NCBI GenBank assembly: GCA_965221165.1
Contig: CBDCRP010000003.1
Location: 1,728,001-1,792,000 of the forward strand
Length of the DNA stretch: 64,000 bases
Origin: a bacterium
Lineage (GTDB): Bacteria > UBA8248
Direction of reading: 5' to 3'
Shown here: piece after piece, positions 48,730-58,499 of the stretch
Layout of the letters: every line of letters starts with the position of its first letter
Position numbering within the stretch: position 1 is the first letter of the stretch
Notes under the pieces: model-generated
Databases searched by the model: none
Told to the model about the DNA's origin: nothing
The model's input: the letters and a program-made list of their open reading frames with translations, nothing else
Translations under genes and position numbers: made by a program

Positions 48730-49647
48730 TTATCTTGCGAGTAGGACTCGCAAGGCTTCCGTCGATTCCCTGCCTTGCGCCATGGTTTCCCGTAGCGCTT
48801 CTCTTGACTCCCTGCCCTGTTCGATGAGTTCTGTCAGGGTTCCCCTGGACTCTCTGCCCTGTTCGATGAATTCTCTGAAAGCCGCTCTTGATTCCCTGTT
48901 TTCTTCGATGAACTCTCTAAATGCCGCTCTTGATTCCCTGCCTTCTTCGATGAGTTCTCCGAGATTTGCCCTTGATTCCCTGCCCTCTTCGATGAGTACT
49001 CTGAGAGCTTCGCTGGATTCTCTGCCTTGCTCCCTGCCCTGTTCGATGAATTCTCTGAAAGCCGCCCTTGATTCTTTGTTTTCTTCGATGAGTACTCTGA
49101 GAGCTTCGCTGGATTCTCTGCCTTGCTCCCTGCCCTGTTCGATGAATTCTCTGAAAGCCGCCCTTGATTCTTTGTTTTCTTCGATGAGTTCTCTGAGAGC
49201 TTCACTGGATTCTCTGCTTTGCTCTCTGCCTTGTTCGATGAATTCTCTGAGAGCTTCACTGGATTCTCTGCCTTGCTCTCTGCCCTGTTCGATGAATTCT
49301 CTGAAAGCTTCACTGGATTCTCTGCCTTGCTCTCTGCCCTGTTCGATGAATTCTCTGAAAGCTACCCTTGATTCTTTGTTTTCTTCGATGAACTCTCTAA
49401 ATGCCGCTCTTGATTCCCTGCCCTCTTCGATGAGTTCTCCGAGATTTGCCCTTGATTCCCTGCCCTCTTCGATGAGTTCTTTCAATGCCGCGGAATTTTC
49501 GTCCTGTTGTCTCGAGCGGACTCTGTTCCCCCAGAGCATCGCGCCGATTCCACTACCTATCAGGAGGCATTGCAACCCTCCGACAGTGGCTACGACCCAG
49601 ATATTCAATTCCCTTAACGCCAAAATCGCTGCTTGAAATTCCGTCAT
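48730..49647 (-). CDS. Membrane-anchored tandem-repeat coiled-coil protein
   Basis: N-terminal hydrophobic segment, then 16 units ending in ES (eleven 14-aa, five 18-aa); all units keep the frame. Confidence 0.7.
   Translation of the reverse strand: MTEFQAAILALRELNIWVVATVGGLQCLLIGSGIGAMLWGNRVRSRQQDENSAALKELIEEGRESRANLGELIEEGRESRAAFREFIEENKESRVAFREFIEQGREQGRESSEAFREFIEQGREQGRESSEALREFIEQGREQSRESSEALRELIEENKESRAAFREFIEQGREQGRESSEALRVLIEENKESRAAFREFIEQGREQGRESSEALRVLIEEGRESRANLGELIEEGRESRAAFREFIEENRESRAAFREFIEQGRESRGTLTELIEQGRESREALRETMAQGRESTEALRVLLAR
48763..49494. repeat. 42/54-bp tandem repeat array
   Basis: Recurrent TTCGATGAATTCTCTGAAAGC...GATTC units. Confidence 0.92.
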
Positions 49648-49930
49648 TTCCCTACGCACTCCTTATGGACTTGGATTGATGTTTCGGGTCCTCTGGAACG
49701 CTCGTACTTTAAAATCATATAGTTTTATTGTGAGTTCCTCAACTTGATTCAGGTGCATTTTAGCATCATATTCCACCGAAGAATTTGGGCTAGAGCGCGA
49801 GTAATTCTGAAGAACCTTTGGGGGATTCACGAACCAATGTATCATCGCTCTTTGTGTTTTCTGGAATGGGTGCGAGAGTTGCCGGGAATGCGATTTTCCC
49901 TGGCATGATGATGAAAGGGCGGCTGGTTCA

Positions 49931-51955
49931 TTGAGTCTCGTCGGAATAGACACCGGAGGAACCTTCACCGATCTCGTTTTCTACGATGAGGACGAGAGGC
50001 GGATAGAGGTTTCCAAGATTCCCACGCTTCGCGGGAGAGAAGACGCGGTCTTTCTCGAAGGAATCGAGAGTCTCGACCTCTCCGCCATCGAGCGGATCAC
50101 GCACGGCACCACCGTGGGCACCAACGCGATACTGGAGGGCGCGGGCGCGCGCGCCGCGATTTTGACGACGCGCGGCTTTCGCGACGTGCTGGAGATCGGC
50201 CGAACGCAGCGCCTCGTGCCCCAGAGCCTCTTCGACCCAAAATTCGTTCGGCCCAGGCCGGTCGTCCCCAGAGAGATACGGCTCGAAATCGAAGAGCGCG
50301 CCCTGGCCGATGGCCGCATAGTAGTCCATGTGGAGGAGGCGGAGGTCGAAGAGTTGGCCGAGCGGCTGAAGGGGCTGGGCGCGGAAGCCGTAGCCATCTG
50401 CTATCTGCACGCCTACGCCAACGGGGAGAACGAAAAGCGTACGGCGGAGTATCTGGGGAAAATGCTGCCGGGCGTATATCTCTCCCTATCGCATGAGGTC
50501 GTGCCCGAATACCGTGAGTTCGAGCGTTTCTCCACGGCCGCCTTGAACGCCTATCTCGGGCCCAAGCTGAAGAACTACGTGGGCCGTCTGGAGGAGGCGC
50601 TTGGGGAGAAGGAATGCCGCGCGCCCCTTTTCATCATGGCTTCGAACGGCGGAATGCTCGACGCCGGGCGGGCGGCGCAATTCCCCGTGCGGACGATACT
50701 CTCGGGCCCTGCGGGCGGCGTCGTGGGCGGTGTTTCGCTCGCCGGGTCGCTGGGTCTCGAACACCTCATCACCTACGACATGGGCGGCACCAGCACGGAC
50801 GTGTGCCTCATCCGGGATCGCCGGCCCGTCGTCAGCACGAACAACGTAATCGGCGCCTATCCGCTCAAGACATCCCAGCTCCAGATCAACACAGTCGGCG
50901 CGGGCGGGGGGAGCATCGCGTGGCGCGATGAGGACGGCGCGCTGCACGTGGGTCCAAAGAGCGCGGGCGCGCGTCCGGGACCTGCGTGTTACGGGTTCGG
51001 CGGCGAGGAGCCGACGGTGACGGATGCGAACGTGGTCTTATCCCGCATCGGGCCGCGCACCCTCCTGGCCGGGGGGATGAAGCTCCATCCCGAAAAGGCG
51101 GAGAGCGCCCTCGCGTATTTGGCCGAGGAACTGGGCGTCGCAGATGCGGTTTCGATGGCGCGCGGGGTGGTCGACATCGCCGTAATGAGGATGGTGAGTT
51201 CGATTCGGGAGATTTCCATCGAGCGCGGCTTCGACCCCAGGGAGCACACCCTGCTCGCCTACGGCGGGGCCGGGCCTCTGCACGCGGCCCTGATAGCCGG
51301 GGAACTCTCCATGTCGAGCGTCGTCGTGCCGCGCTTTCCGGGGAATTTCTCGGCCGTCGGCCTCCTCATGGCGGACGTGGTGCAAGAGAGCGTCGAGACT
51401 TGTTTCGTCTCACTCGAAGACGCGGAAGAGCGCGCGCTCGAGCGCATCTACGAGAAGCTGACGACCCCTTACGCCGACCAGTTGCGCGCCGCCGGATTGA
51501 GTGAGGTGCAAAGCCTCCGCCATGTGGACGTTCGCTACGTCGGTCAGGCGTTCGAGTTGACGATTCCGGTTCCAGAAACCCCCGGCTGGCTCGAAGCCTT
51601 GGGCGGTGAGTTCCACGCCCGCTACGAGGCGCGCTATGGGCATTGCCATCCCGGCGATCCTCTCGAGATCGTGAACCTGCGGGTGCGCGTCTCGGGGCTG
51701 GTGGACAAATTACACTGGGTGAAAATAGAGAAACGGGCCGGTGGACTGGATGACGCGCTGGTGGAGAGGAGAAGCGTCGTTTTTGAGAATAATGTTCCCG
51801 ATTGTCCCGTCTACCGGCGCGATTCCCTTCCTATCGACCTGGAAATACACGGGCCTGCGGTCATCGAGGAATACGGCTCGAACACCCTGGTTCCTCCCGG
51901 CTGGCTCGTGCGCCTGGACGCCCGGGGCCACCTTCACCTGAGCGTATCGGGCTGA
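49931..51955 (+). CDS. Hydantoinase A / oxoprolinase family protein
   Basis: GIDTGGTFTD, HGTTVGTNA, EYREFER, SGPAGG, DMGGTSTD, GAGGGSIA, PGPACYG. Confidence 0.93.
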   Translation: MSLVGIDTGGTFTDLVFYDEDERRIEVSKIPTLRGREDAVFLEGIESLDLSAIERITHGTTVGTNAILEGAGARAAILTTRGFRDVLEIGRTQRLVPQSLFDPKFVRPRPVVPREIRLEIEERALADGRIVVHVEEAEVEELAERLKGLGAEAVAICYLHAYANGENEKRTAEYLGKMLPGVYLSLSHEVVPEYREFERFSTAALNAYLGPKLKNYVGRLEEALGEKECRAPLFIMASNGGMLDAGRAAQFPVRTILSGPAGGVVGGVSLAGSLGLEHLITYDMGGTSTDVCLIRDRRPVVSTNNVIGAYPLKTSQLQINTVGAGGGSIAWRDEDGALHVGPKSAGARPGPACYGFGGEEPTVTDANVVLSRIGPRTLLAGGMKLHPEKAESALAYLAEELGVADAVSMARGVVDIAVMRMVSSIREISIERGFDPREHTLLAYGGAGPLHAALIAGELSMSSVVVPRFPGNFSAVGLLMADVVQESVETCFVSLEDAEERALERIYEKLTTPYADQLRAAGLSEVQSLRHVDVRYVGQAFELTIPVPETPGWLEALGGEFHARYEARYGHCHPGDPLEIVNLRVRVSGLVDKLHWVKIEKRAGGLDDALVERRSVVFENNVPDCPVYRRDSLPIDLEIHGPAVIEEYGSNTLVPPGWLVRLDARGHLHLSVSG

Positions 51956-51970
51956 TTTTTAGGGATATCC

Positions 51971-52936
51971 ATGAGCGAAACGATACAGTACGGATACGGC
52001 TACGGGATGCAGCCGGGCGCGCCTCCCGGCCACCTGGATTTTTTGGGCTTCATCGAAAAGGTGGAACGGGCGGGCTTCGATTCTTTCTGGCTCGATGATC
52101 ACATCGCCTTTCGCGGCAATTTTTTAGAAAGCCTCGCCGCTTTGGCCGCCGCCGCAGCCCGGACCGAGCGCATCACCCTGGGCAGTCTCGTCTATCTCCT
52201 TCCCCTGAGACGGCCGGCCATCGCCGCGCAGGCGGCGGCCACGGTGGATTACCTGAGCGGAGGCGGGCGCTTCATCTTCGGTGTCGGAATCGGCGGCGAG
52301 GAGGCACGGGAGTTCGAGGTTTGCGGCGTGCCCAAGATCGAGCGCGGCGCGCGCACGGATGAGGCCATCGCGGTGTTGCGCAAGTTGTGGTCGGGGGAGC
52401 GGGTGAGTCACGACGGGCGATTCTTCCGGTTTTCCAATGCAAGGCAAATCCCTCCGCCACCGAGCGCGGGCGGCCCGCCGATTTGGGTGGGCGGCAGGAG
52501 CGAGGCCGCGCAAAGGCGCGCCGCTTTGCTCGCGGATGGCTATGCGCCTTATCTCTTTTCCCCGTCGCGCTACGAAAGGGGCATGGAGTTCATTCGCCGC
52601 TGCGCCGCCGAAGGGGGCAGGGCGCTCGATGATCCCCAAAAGCCGTGGACGCCCGCGCTTCATCTGTTCGTGAACTTAAGCGAAAACGAAGATGAAGCCC
52701 TCGATGGTGGTGCGAGGAATCTCTCGATGCGCTATGGGATGGATATGCGCGAAGCGGCGAAAAGATATCTGCTCCACGGTCCGGTCGAGCGTTGCGCGGA
52801 GACGATTCAGGGGTTCTGGAAGGCGGGGGTTAGGCATTTCATCTTCAAGGTGGCGGCGTCCGCGGAAGAGGAGGCGGAACAGATGACGAGGCTGGCCGAA
52901 GAACTCCTGCCCGAGATGAAGCGCCATGCCGGCTGA
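51971..52936 (+). CDS. LLM class flavin-dependent oxidoreductase
   Basis: GFDSFWLDDH, ARTERITLG, DYLSGGGRF.FGVG.G, PPIWVGG. Confidence 0.9.
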   Translation: MSETIQYGYGYGMQPGAPPGHLDFLGFIEKVERAGFDSFWLDDHIAFRGNFLESLAALAAAAARTERITLGSLVYLLPLRRPAIAAQAAATVDYLSGGGRFIFGVGIGGEEAREFEVCGVPKIERGARTDEAIAVLRKLWSGERVSHDGRFFRFSNARQIPPPPSAGGPPIWVGGRSEAAQRRAALLADGYAPYLFSPSRYERGMEFIRRCAAEGGRALDDPQKPWTPALHLFVNLSENEDEALDGGARNLSMRYGMDMREAAKRYLLHGPVERCAETIQGFWKAGVRHFIFKVAASAEEEAEQMTRLAEELLPEMKRHAG

Positions 52937-54587
52937 GGCGAGCGGACACGTCGATACGTTCGCGCGGGACAATCTTCCGCCTGCGTCCCTGTGGCCGGAG
53001 ATGGATTATGGCGTCCTGCCCGAACTGGCGGCCTATCCCTCCCGCATCAACGCGGGCGCTGAGTTGATAGACAAGATGGCCCAAGGCGCGCAGGCCGAGC
53101 GGCCCGCGATTTATTATGGCGGGGTTCTTTGGAGCTACCGCGCTCTTTTGGAAAACGCCAACCGGGTCGCCTCGGTGCTGTGCGATCGATTCGGCCTCGT
53201 GCCCGGAGGGCGCGTGCTCCTTCGCTCATCGAACCACCCGACCCTCGTGGCCGCGTGTCTGGGTGTTCTGAAGGCGGGCGGCGTCGTGATTCCCACGATG
53301 CCGGTGATGCGCGAGCGCGAACTGGCCTACGTGATCGAAAAAGCCAGGGTCGGGTTCGCGATTTGCGACGCCCGGTTGAGCGCCGATTTGCTCGTCGCCG
53401 CAAAGGCCTCGAAATCCCTTGAAAACGTCGTTCTATTCGGCTCGGACGAGGCGGACTGCTTGGAAGCGCTGATGGCCGAAGCCTCACCAGAATTCCGAAA
53501 CGCCGATACGGCGGCGGACGACGTGGCCCTCATAGGCTTCACCTCGGGCTCTACCGGCACGCCCAAGGGCACGGTGCATTTTCACCGCGATTTGCTCGCC
53601 GTTGCGGATACGTTTCCCAAATACCTCTTCGGCCCGGCTCCTGATGACGTCGTTTGCGGCAGCCCGCAGATAGCTTTTTTGTACGGGTTTTGCGCCTTCA
53701 TCACGGACGCCTTGCGGTTCGGCGCCTCCTCGGTTCTGCTCGAGCGGGGTACGCCGCGCGATCTTCTGGAGGCCATCGAGGGGTACAAGGCGACGGTGTG
53801 CTTCAGCACGCCTTCGGGCTACAAGCAGATGCTCGACATGGCGGAGGGGCACGAGTTAGGGAGCCTGCGCGCCTGTATTGCGGGGGGAGAGCCCCTGGAG
53901 CCTGCCGTGTTCAGGGGGTGGCGCGAGCGCACGGGGGTTTCGATCATCAACGGCCTGGGTATTTCGGAGCTTTTGCATATATTCATCTCGGCGAGCGGCG
54001 AGGCCATCCGCCCCGGAAAGATTGGCCGGGCGGTGCCGGGCTACCAAGTGCGCGTCGTGGATGAGGAGATGCGCGATACGCCCCCGGGCGAGGTGGGGCA
54101 GATGATCGTCAAGGGACCGACCGGATGCCGGTATCTCGACGACCTGGAGCGCCAGCGGAACTACGTGCGAGACGGCTGGAACATGACGGGAGACCTTTGC
54201 CGCGTCGATGCGGAGGGATACATCTCCTTCGAGGCGCGAACCGACGACATGATCAACACCGGGGGATACAACGTGTCGGGCCTGGAGGTGGAGGCCGTGT
54301 TGCTCGAACACCCCAGGGTACGCGAGTGCGCGGTGGTCGGCTCGCCGAACTTAGAACGCGGAGAAATCGTAAAGGCCTTCGTCGTTCTCTCTGGAGACGC
54401 CAGCGCAGACTCCCCGCAGGCGCAGGGTGCGCTTGTCCGGGAGCTTCAGGATTTCGTAAAATCACAACTCGCACCCTATAAATACCCCAGAGCCGTGGAG
54501 TTCCTCGAAAGCCTGCCCCTCACGGCCACGGGCAAGATACAAAGGGGCGCTTTGCGGAAACTCGAAAAAGAACGCGCCGGAGGCTGA
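52926..54587 (+). CDS. Aryl-CoA ligase, 2-aminobenzoate-CoA ligase-like
   Basis: N-terminal HVDTFARDNLPP, AMP-binding FTSGSTGTPKG..HFHRD, GPTGCRYL, APYKYPR. Confidence 0.8.
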   Translation: MPAEASGHVDTFARDNLPPASLWPEMDYGVLPELAAYPSRINAGAELIDKMAQGAQAERPAIYYGGVLWSYRALLENANRVASVLCDRFGLVPGGRVLLRSSNHPTLVAACLGVLKAGGVVIPTMPVMRERELAYVIEKARVGFAICDARLSADLLVAAKASKSLENVVLFGSDEADCLEALMAEASPEFRNADTAADDVALIGFTSGSTGTPKGTVHFHRDLLAVADTFPKYLFGPAPDDVVCGSPQIAFLYGFCAFITDALRFGASSVLLERGTPRDLLEAIEGYKATVCFSTPSGYKQMLDMAEGHELGSLRACIAGGEPLEPAVFRGWRERTGVSIINGLGISELLHIFISASGEAIRPGKIGRAVPGYQVRVVDEEMRDTPPGEVGQMIVKGPTGCRYLDDLERQRNYVRDGWNMTGDLCRVDAEGYISFEARTDDMINTGGYNVSGLEVEAVLLEHPRVRECAVVGSPNLERGEIVKAFVVLSGDASADSPQAQGALVRELQDFVKSQLAPYKYPRAVEFLESLPLTATGKIQRGALRKLEKERAGG

Positions 54588-54836
54588 GTCGGATGGATGG
54601 TTCCCATCTTCTCGGTGGAATGGCGCTCTCGCCATGAGGGGCTTTTCGCTCATGCAGGAAATGCTGCATGAAGTTTCCGAACCTTGCGGCGGTTTTGATA
54701 AACATGGTATTCTTTCATCATTATAAAATCATACATTTTCTTTCGGTATTGTCTTGTTCCGAGCAGGAGGAATCGAAGGAAAACCATATCTTCCCGATAC
54801 ACTGAGTGCGCCCCGCCTCGGGGCGTTGATGAGTCC

Positions 54837-55928
54837 ATGAAGCAAGCCGCGAATCCTGCGGCCAGAGTGGAGGCTGAAATCGTGGATAAAAGAACGAATT
54901 CAAGGGATATTCTCTTCAAATCGGCTTTGGCGGTTCTGCTGGGAGTGGCGCTCGTCTTCACGTCCGCCACGCCTTCCGAGTCGGCCGTCAAGCGAGTCAT
55001 CATCACCCAGGCGGTCGAGAGTCTCGCCTTCGTCGGCAACTACGTGGCGCGCGCGAACGGCTACTTCGCCGACGAGGATCTGGCCGTCGAGGTCATCTCC
55101 ACGCGGGGCGGCGGGCCGGACATCAAGGCCAACCTCGCGGGCAAGGCGGAATTCTCCGTCGCGGCGGGCACCTACCAGATCAACGCCGTCAAGGCGGGCG
55201 GACGCCTCATCGCGGTGATGAGCTGCCTGAACCGCAGCATCGTCAACTCCGCCATCCGCAAGGACGTCGCCAAGAAACTCGGCATCACCGCCAAAACGCC
55301 CTACATGGAAAAAATCAAGAAGATGAAGGGCTTGACCGTCGGGGCCACGCGGCCGGGCGCGCTCACTTATAACCAGGGTGAATACTGGATCCGCCAGGCC
55401 GGCTACACGCCCCAGAAAGAAGTGAAGCTCATCGGCGCGGGCGCGGGCCCCGTGCTCATCGCGGCGCTCGAGCGCAACAAGATTCAGATAGCGATCCAGA
55501 CCATCCCCGTACCGGAGACGGCGATATTCCGGGGCAACGCCATTCCCTTCGTCACGAACTCGGCGGGCGAGGACCCGAAGATGGACCAGTTCATGATGGA
55601 GGTCCTGCTCGTGCGGCCCGATTACGCCAAGAAGAACCCCGAGACCGTCCGCAAGGTGGTGCGGGCGCTTCTCAAGGCCAACAACTGGATTTCCAAGCAC
55701 ACCGCCGAGGAGATTCGCGAGAAAATCCAGATTTACTTCGCCAAGACCGACAAGCGGCTGCTGCGCACCAGCATCGCGGCGGTGAAGAAGGCCGTCTCGC
55801 TGGACGGAAAAGTCACCCAGCGCGCGGTGGACATTACCCAGAACCTGCTCATCGCGGCGGGCAAGCTCAAAAAAGCGTTCCCCAGGAGCGTCCTGGTGTC
55901 GGACGAGTATCTGCCCGGTAAGATGTGA
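54837..55928 (+). CDS. ABC substrate-binding protein (NMT1/SsuA-like)
   Basis: Hydrophobic signal, YVARANGYFADEDL, KGLTVG; start uncertain. Confidence 0.85.
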   Translation: MKQAANPAARVEAEIVDKRTNSRDILFKSALAVLLGVALVFTSATPSESAVKRVIITQAVESLAFVGNYVARANGYFADEDLAVEVISTRGGGPDIKANLAGKAEFSVAAGTYQINAVKAGGRLIAVMSCLNRSIVNSAIRKDVAKKLGITAKTPYMEKIKKMKGLTVGATRPGALTYNQGEYWIRQAGYTPQKEVKLIGAGAGPVLIAALERNKIQIAIQTIPVPETAIFRGNAIPFVTNSAGEDPKMDQFMMEVLLVRPDYAKKNPETVRKVVRALLKANNWISKHTAEEIREKIQIYFAKTDKRLLRTSIAAVKKAVSLDGKVTQRAVDITQNLLIAAGKLKKAFPRSVLVSDEYLPGKM

Positions 55929-55972
55929 GCAATAACTTCTGACTCTGAAAACCGCCGGGGAAGGGCCGTTGA

Positions 55973-56809
55973 GTGCTCATCCCCGGCGGTGGAGATTCAT
56001 GCCTCGTGCCACCTATTCTCTCGATACGGAATCTGCATAAGGAATTCTTCTCGCGGGGAAACCGCGTCGTCGCCATCGAGGATTTGAGCCTCGACATCGA
56101 AAAAGGCGAATTTCTCACCATCGTGGGGCCAAGCGGCTGCGGGAAGTCGACGCTGTTGAACTGCATCATCGGGCTGGTGCACCCCACCTCGGGAACCATC
56201 ACCTACCGAGACAGGAAGCTGCGCGGCATCAACACCGAGATCGGCTACGTGCCGCAGTCGGACTATCTCTACGCCTGGCGCACGCTCATCAACAACGTCG
56301 CCTTTCCCCTGGAGATGCGCGGGGTCGACCTGAAAACCAGACTCGAGAAGGCGCGCGAGTTAATCCAGCGCGTGGGCCTTGCGGGGTTTGAGGATCACTA
56401 CCCGCACGAACTCTCGGGCGGAATGCGCCAGCGGGCGAACATCATCCGCACTCTTATCTACGACCCCGAGGTAATCCTCATGGACGAGCCCTTCGGGCCT
56501 CTCGACGCCCAGACGCGGATTATCCTTCAGGATCAGCTTTTGAAACTCTGGCGCGAAGCGCGCAAGACCGTCATCTTCATCACGCACGATCTCGTCGAGG
56601 CCATCGCCCTGGCCGACAGGGTCGTCGTCATGACGAGCCGGCCCGGCATGCTCAGGAGCGTCGCGGAAGTGAACATCCCGCGCCCGCGCGACGTGTTCAC
56701 CATCCACAGCGAGGAAGTTTTTCGCAAGACCTACGATCAGCTGTGGCAGGAGTTGCGCGAGGAGGTCCAGCGCAGCGAGGATTGGATGAAAAACGGGTCC
56801 GCGGGATAA
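55973..56809 (+). CDS. ABC ATP-binding protein (NitT/TauT family)
   Basis: [25 protein letters not shown]; may start at GTG 56006. Confidence 0.92.
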   Translation: MLIPGGGDSCLVPPILSIRNLHKEFFSRGNRVVAIEDLSLDIEKGEFLTIVGPSGCGKSTLLNCIIGLVHPTSGTITYRDRKLRGINTEIGYVPQSDYLYAWRTLINNVAFPLEMRGVDLKTRLEKARELIQRVGLAGFEDHYPHELSGGMRQRANIIRTLIYDPEVILMDEPFGPLDAQTRIILQDQLLKLWREARKTVIFITHDLVEAIALADRVVVMTSRPGMLRSVAEVNIPRPRDVFTIHSEEVFRKTYDQLWQELREEVQRSEDWMKNGSAG

Positions 56810-56835
56810 AATACGCGGATGAGGAGGGGATTGCC

Positions 56836-57933
56836 ATGGTCGACATGATCGATAAACCAGTGAGCGAGGACAAAGGAGCGAGCGAGCCGGTGCAGAGCGT
56901 CCAAGAGGTTCTCGCCCGGATCAAGCTGCCCAAGTGGGGTGCGTTTCTCCTGACGCTCCCCCTGCCGGGCGTTCCGCAACTCTGGCGAGGAGACTACCTG
57001 AGGGGGGCCCTCCTGCTGGGTCTCACCGTGGGCGGCTACATGGCCTGTTCGGTCACTGGCATGTTCTTTCACGCCATCGCGTTCGTGGACGTCTCCATCA
57101 CGCGCACCGGGCGCATCATCAAGAACTCGCGCATACGCATGTTCGCTTACCGGGCCTTTTTCGCGGGCGGTTTTCTGGCCATGTGGGAGCTCAGCGCCTA
57201 TGAGCTCGGCCCCAAGCAATGGCTCTGCGTGGACCCGTTCTGGTTCGGCTCGCCCGTGCGCGTCTTAAGCTATCTGGTGGAGATAACGCTTTCGGGCAGC
57301 GTTTTCATCGATACGTGGACGACGATGTACGAGGCGTTCCTGGGCTACATTCTGGGCGCGGCTTTGGGCATCGCCCTGGGCTTCGTGCTGGCGCGGCTGG
57401 AAACCCTGGCCGAGATACTCGACCCCTTCATCGTCGCGGTGAACGGCATTCCGCGCGTGGCGATGGCGCCGATTCTCATCATCTGGTTCGGCATCGGGGT
57501 GGAATCGAAAATCGTGCTGGCGGTGAGCCTCGTGCTGTTCCTCACCTTCATGAACACCTACTCGGGCCTGAGGGGCGTGGACCCCAACCTCAAGAATCTC
57601 GCCCAGGTGATGGGCGCGAACGAGATGCAGGTTCTCTGGAAGGTCACGCTGCCCGCAGCGATGCCCTGGATACTGACGGGCCTCAAGATAGGCGTTCCGT
57701 TCGCCATCATCGGGGCCATCCTGGGTGAATTCATGGCGGCGAGCCAGGGCCTGGGCTTCATGATTCAGCATACGAGCAACCTGTTCAACATCGCGGGTTC
57801 GTTCGCGGGCCTCATCCTGCTCATGTTCATCGTGCTCATCGCCAACACGGCGGTGAACTGGCTGGAGCGCTATCTGCTGCGCTGGCGTCCCAAACAGCAA
57901 GCCGCAGGCGAAGGCGCGACGGAGGTGTATTAG
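56836..57933 (+). CDS. ABC permease (NitT/TauT family) with N-terminal extension
   Basis: IPRVAMAP...WFGIG, AQVMGA, GAILGEF...GLG; GAGGAGG RBS. Confidence 0.88.
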   Translation: MVDMIDKPVSEDKGASEPVQSVQEVLARIKLPKWGAFLLTLPLPGVPQLWRGDYLRGALLLGLTVGGYMACSVTGMFFHAIAFVDVSITRTGRIIKNSRIRMFAYRAFFAGGFLAMWELSAYELGPKQWLCVDPFWFGSPVRVLSYLVEITLSGSVFIDTWTTMYEAFLGYILGAALGIALGFVLARLETLAEILDPFIVAVNGIPRVAMAPILIIWFGIGVESKIVLAVSLVLFLTFMNTYSGLRGVDPNLKNLAQVMGANEMQVLWKVTLPAAMPWILTGLKIGVPFAIIGAILGEFMAASQGLGFMIQHTSNLFNIAGSFAGLILLMFIVLIANTAVNWLERYLLRWRPKQQAAGEGATEVY

Positions 57934-57968
57934 GGTTCAAGGGTTCGGCTAGCGCCCTTTCTCGGCTT

Positions 57969-57999
57969 CGCAGGGGGTGGTTCACGAACCACCCCTACA
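57969..57999. repeat. REP-like palindrome (GTAG type)
   Basis: GGGGTGGTTC-AC-GAACCACCCC followed by TAC, i.e. GTAGGGG.. on the minus strand. Confidence 0.65.
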
Positions 58000-58077
58000 G
58001 GTCCAAAGCCTGAAAAATTTCTTCCCGATCGGTCGGGAGAATCTCTCCTCCTCCGGTTCGGCTTGTTCCCGAACGCC

Positions 58078-58452
58078 GTCATTCCGGCGCCAAACCCGAC
58101 CAATGCGGGGTTGTTGAAAAAGTCCCTTAAGGGAAAAATGCCTGCGGCGCATTCGTCGCCCTTGCGCGTAATACCTCCCTCGTCGGTCGGCAAACAAATC
58201 CTCGCTCCTCACCTCGGATTTGACATTCATCACTCGCGTCAAACACTCATTTCTCACTCGCGTTTGATCCGCGACGTATTCGCCGCCCTGGCGGCGAATA
58301 CCTCCCTCATCCCGAGTAGGCGCGCTCGCTCCCAGGACCGGGTTTTTCAACAGCCCCAATGCGGGAGGGATTGCGGAATCGAGAACCGGCGTGTTTCTCA
58401 TCCGCCTGGTCAATCTATCGATTGCACCGGCGTTCAAGCACTGCGGAATGAC
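58078..58452. repeat. GTCATTCC-type REP-like element interrupted by a MITE
   Basis: Ends GTCATTCCG (58078) and CGGAATGAC (58452); left part matches 17237-17271. Confidence 0.6.
58107..58357. mobile_element. Non-autonomous MITE (251 bp)
   Basis: TIRs GGGGTTGTTGAAAAA / TTTTTCAACAGCCCC (14/15 match) with flanking duplication AATGC; no transposase. Confidence 0.75.
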
Positions 58453-58499
58453 GATCAAAAACGAAAATACAATTCTTCCCCGTCGCTCGGGATGGAGGC

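Noticed and set aside
48763-49494. CRISPR array
   Set aside because: Units are contiguous multiples of 3 with no unique spacers, and there are no cas genes.
48722-49636. 304-aa plus-strand ORF (SLDSLPCSMNSL repeats)
   Set aside because: Antisense shadow of the repeat array; the minus-strand ORF has an SD, a TM segment and an amphipathic pattern.
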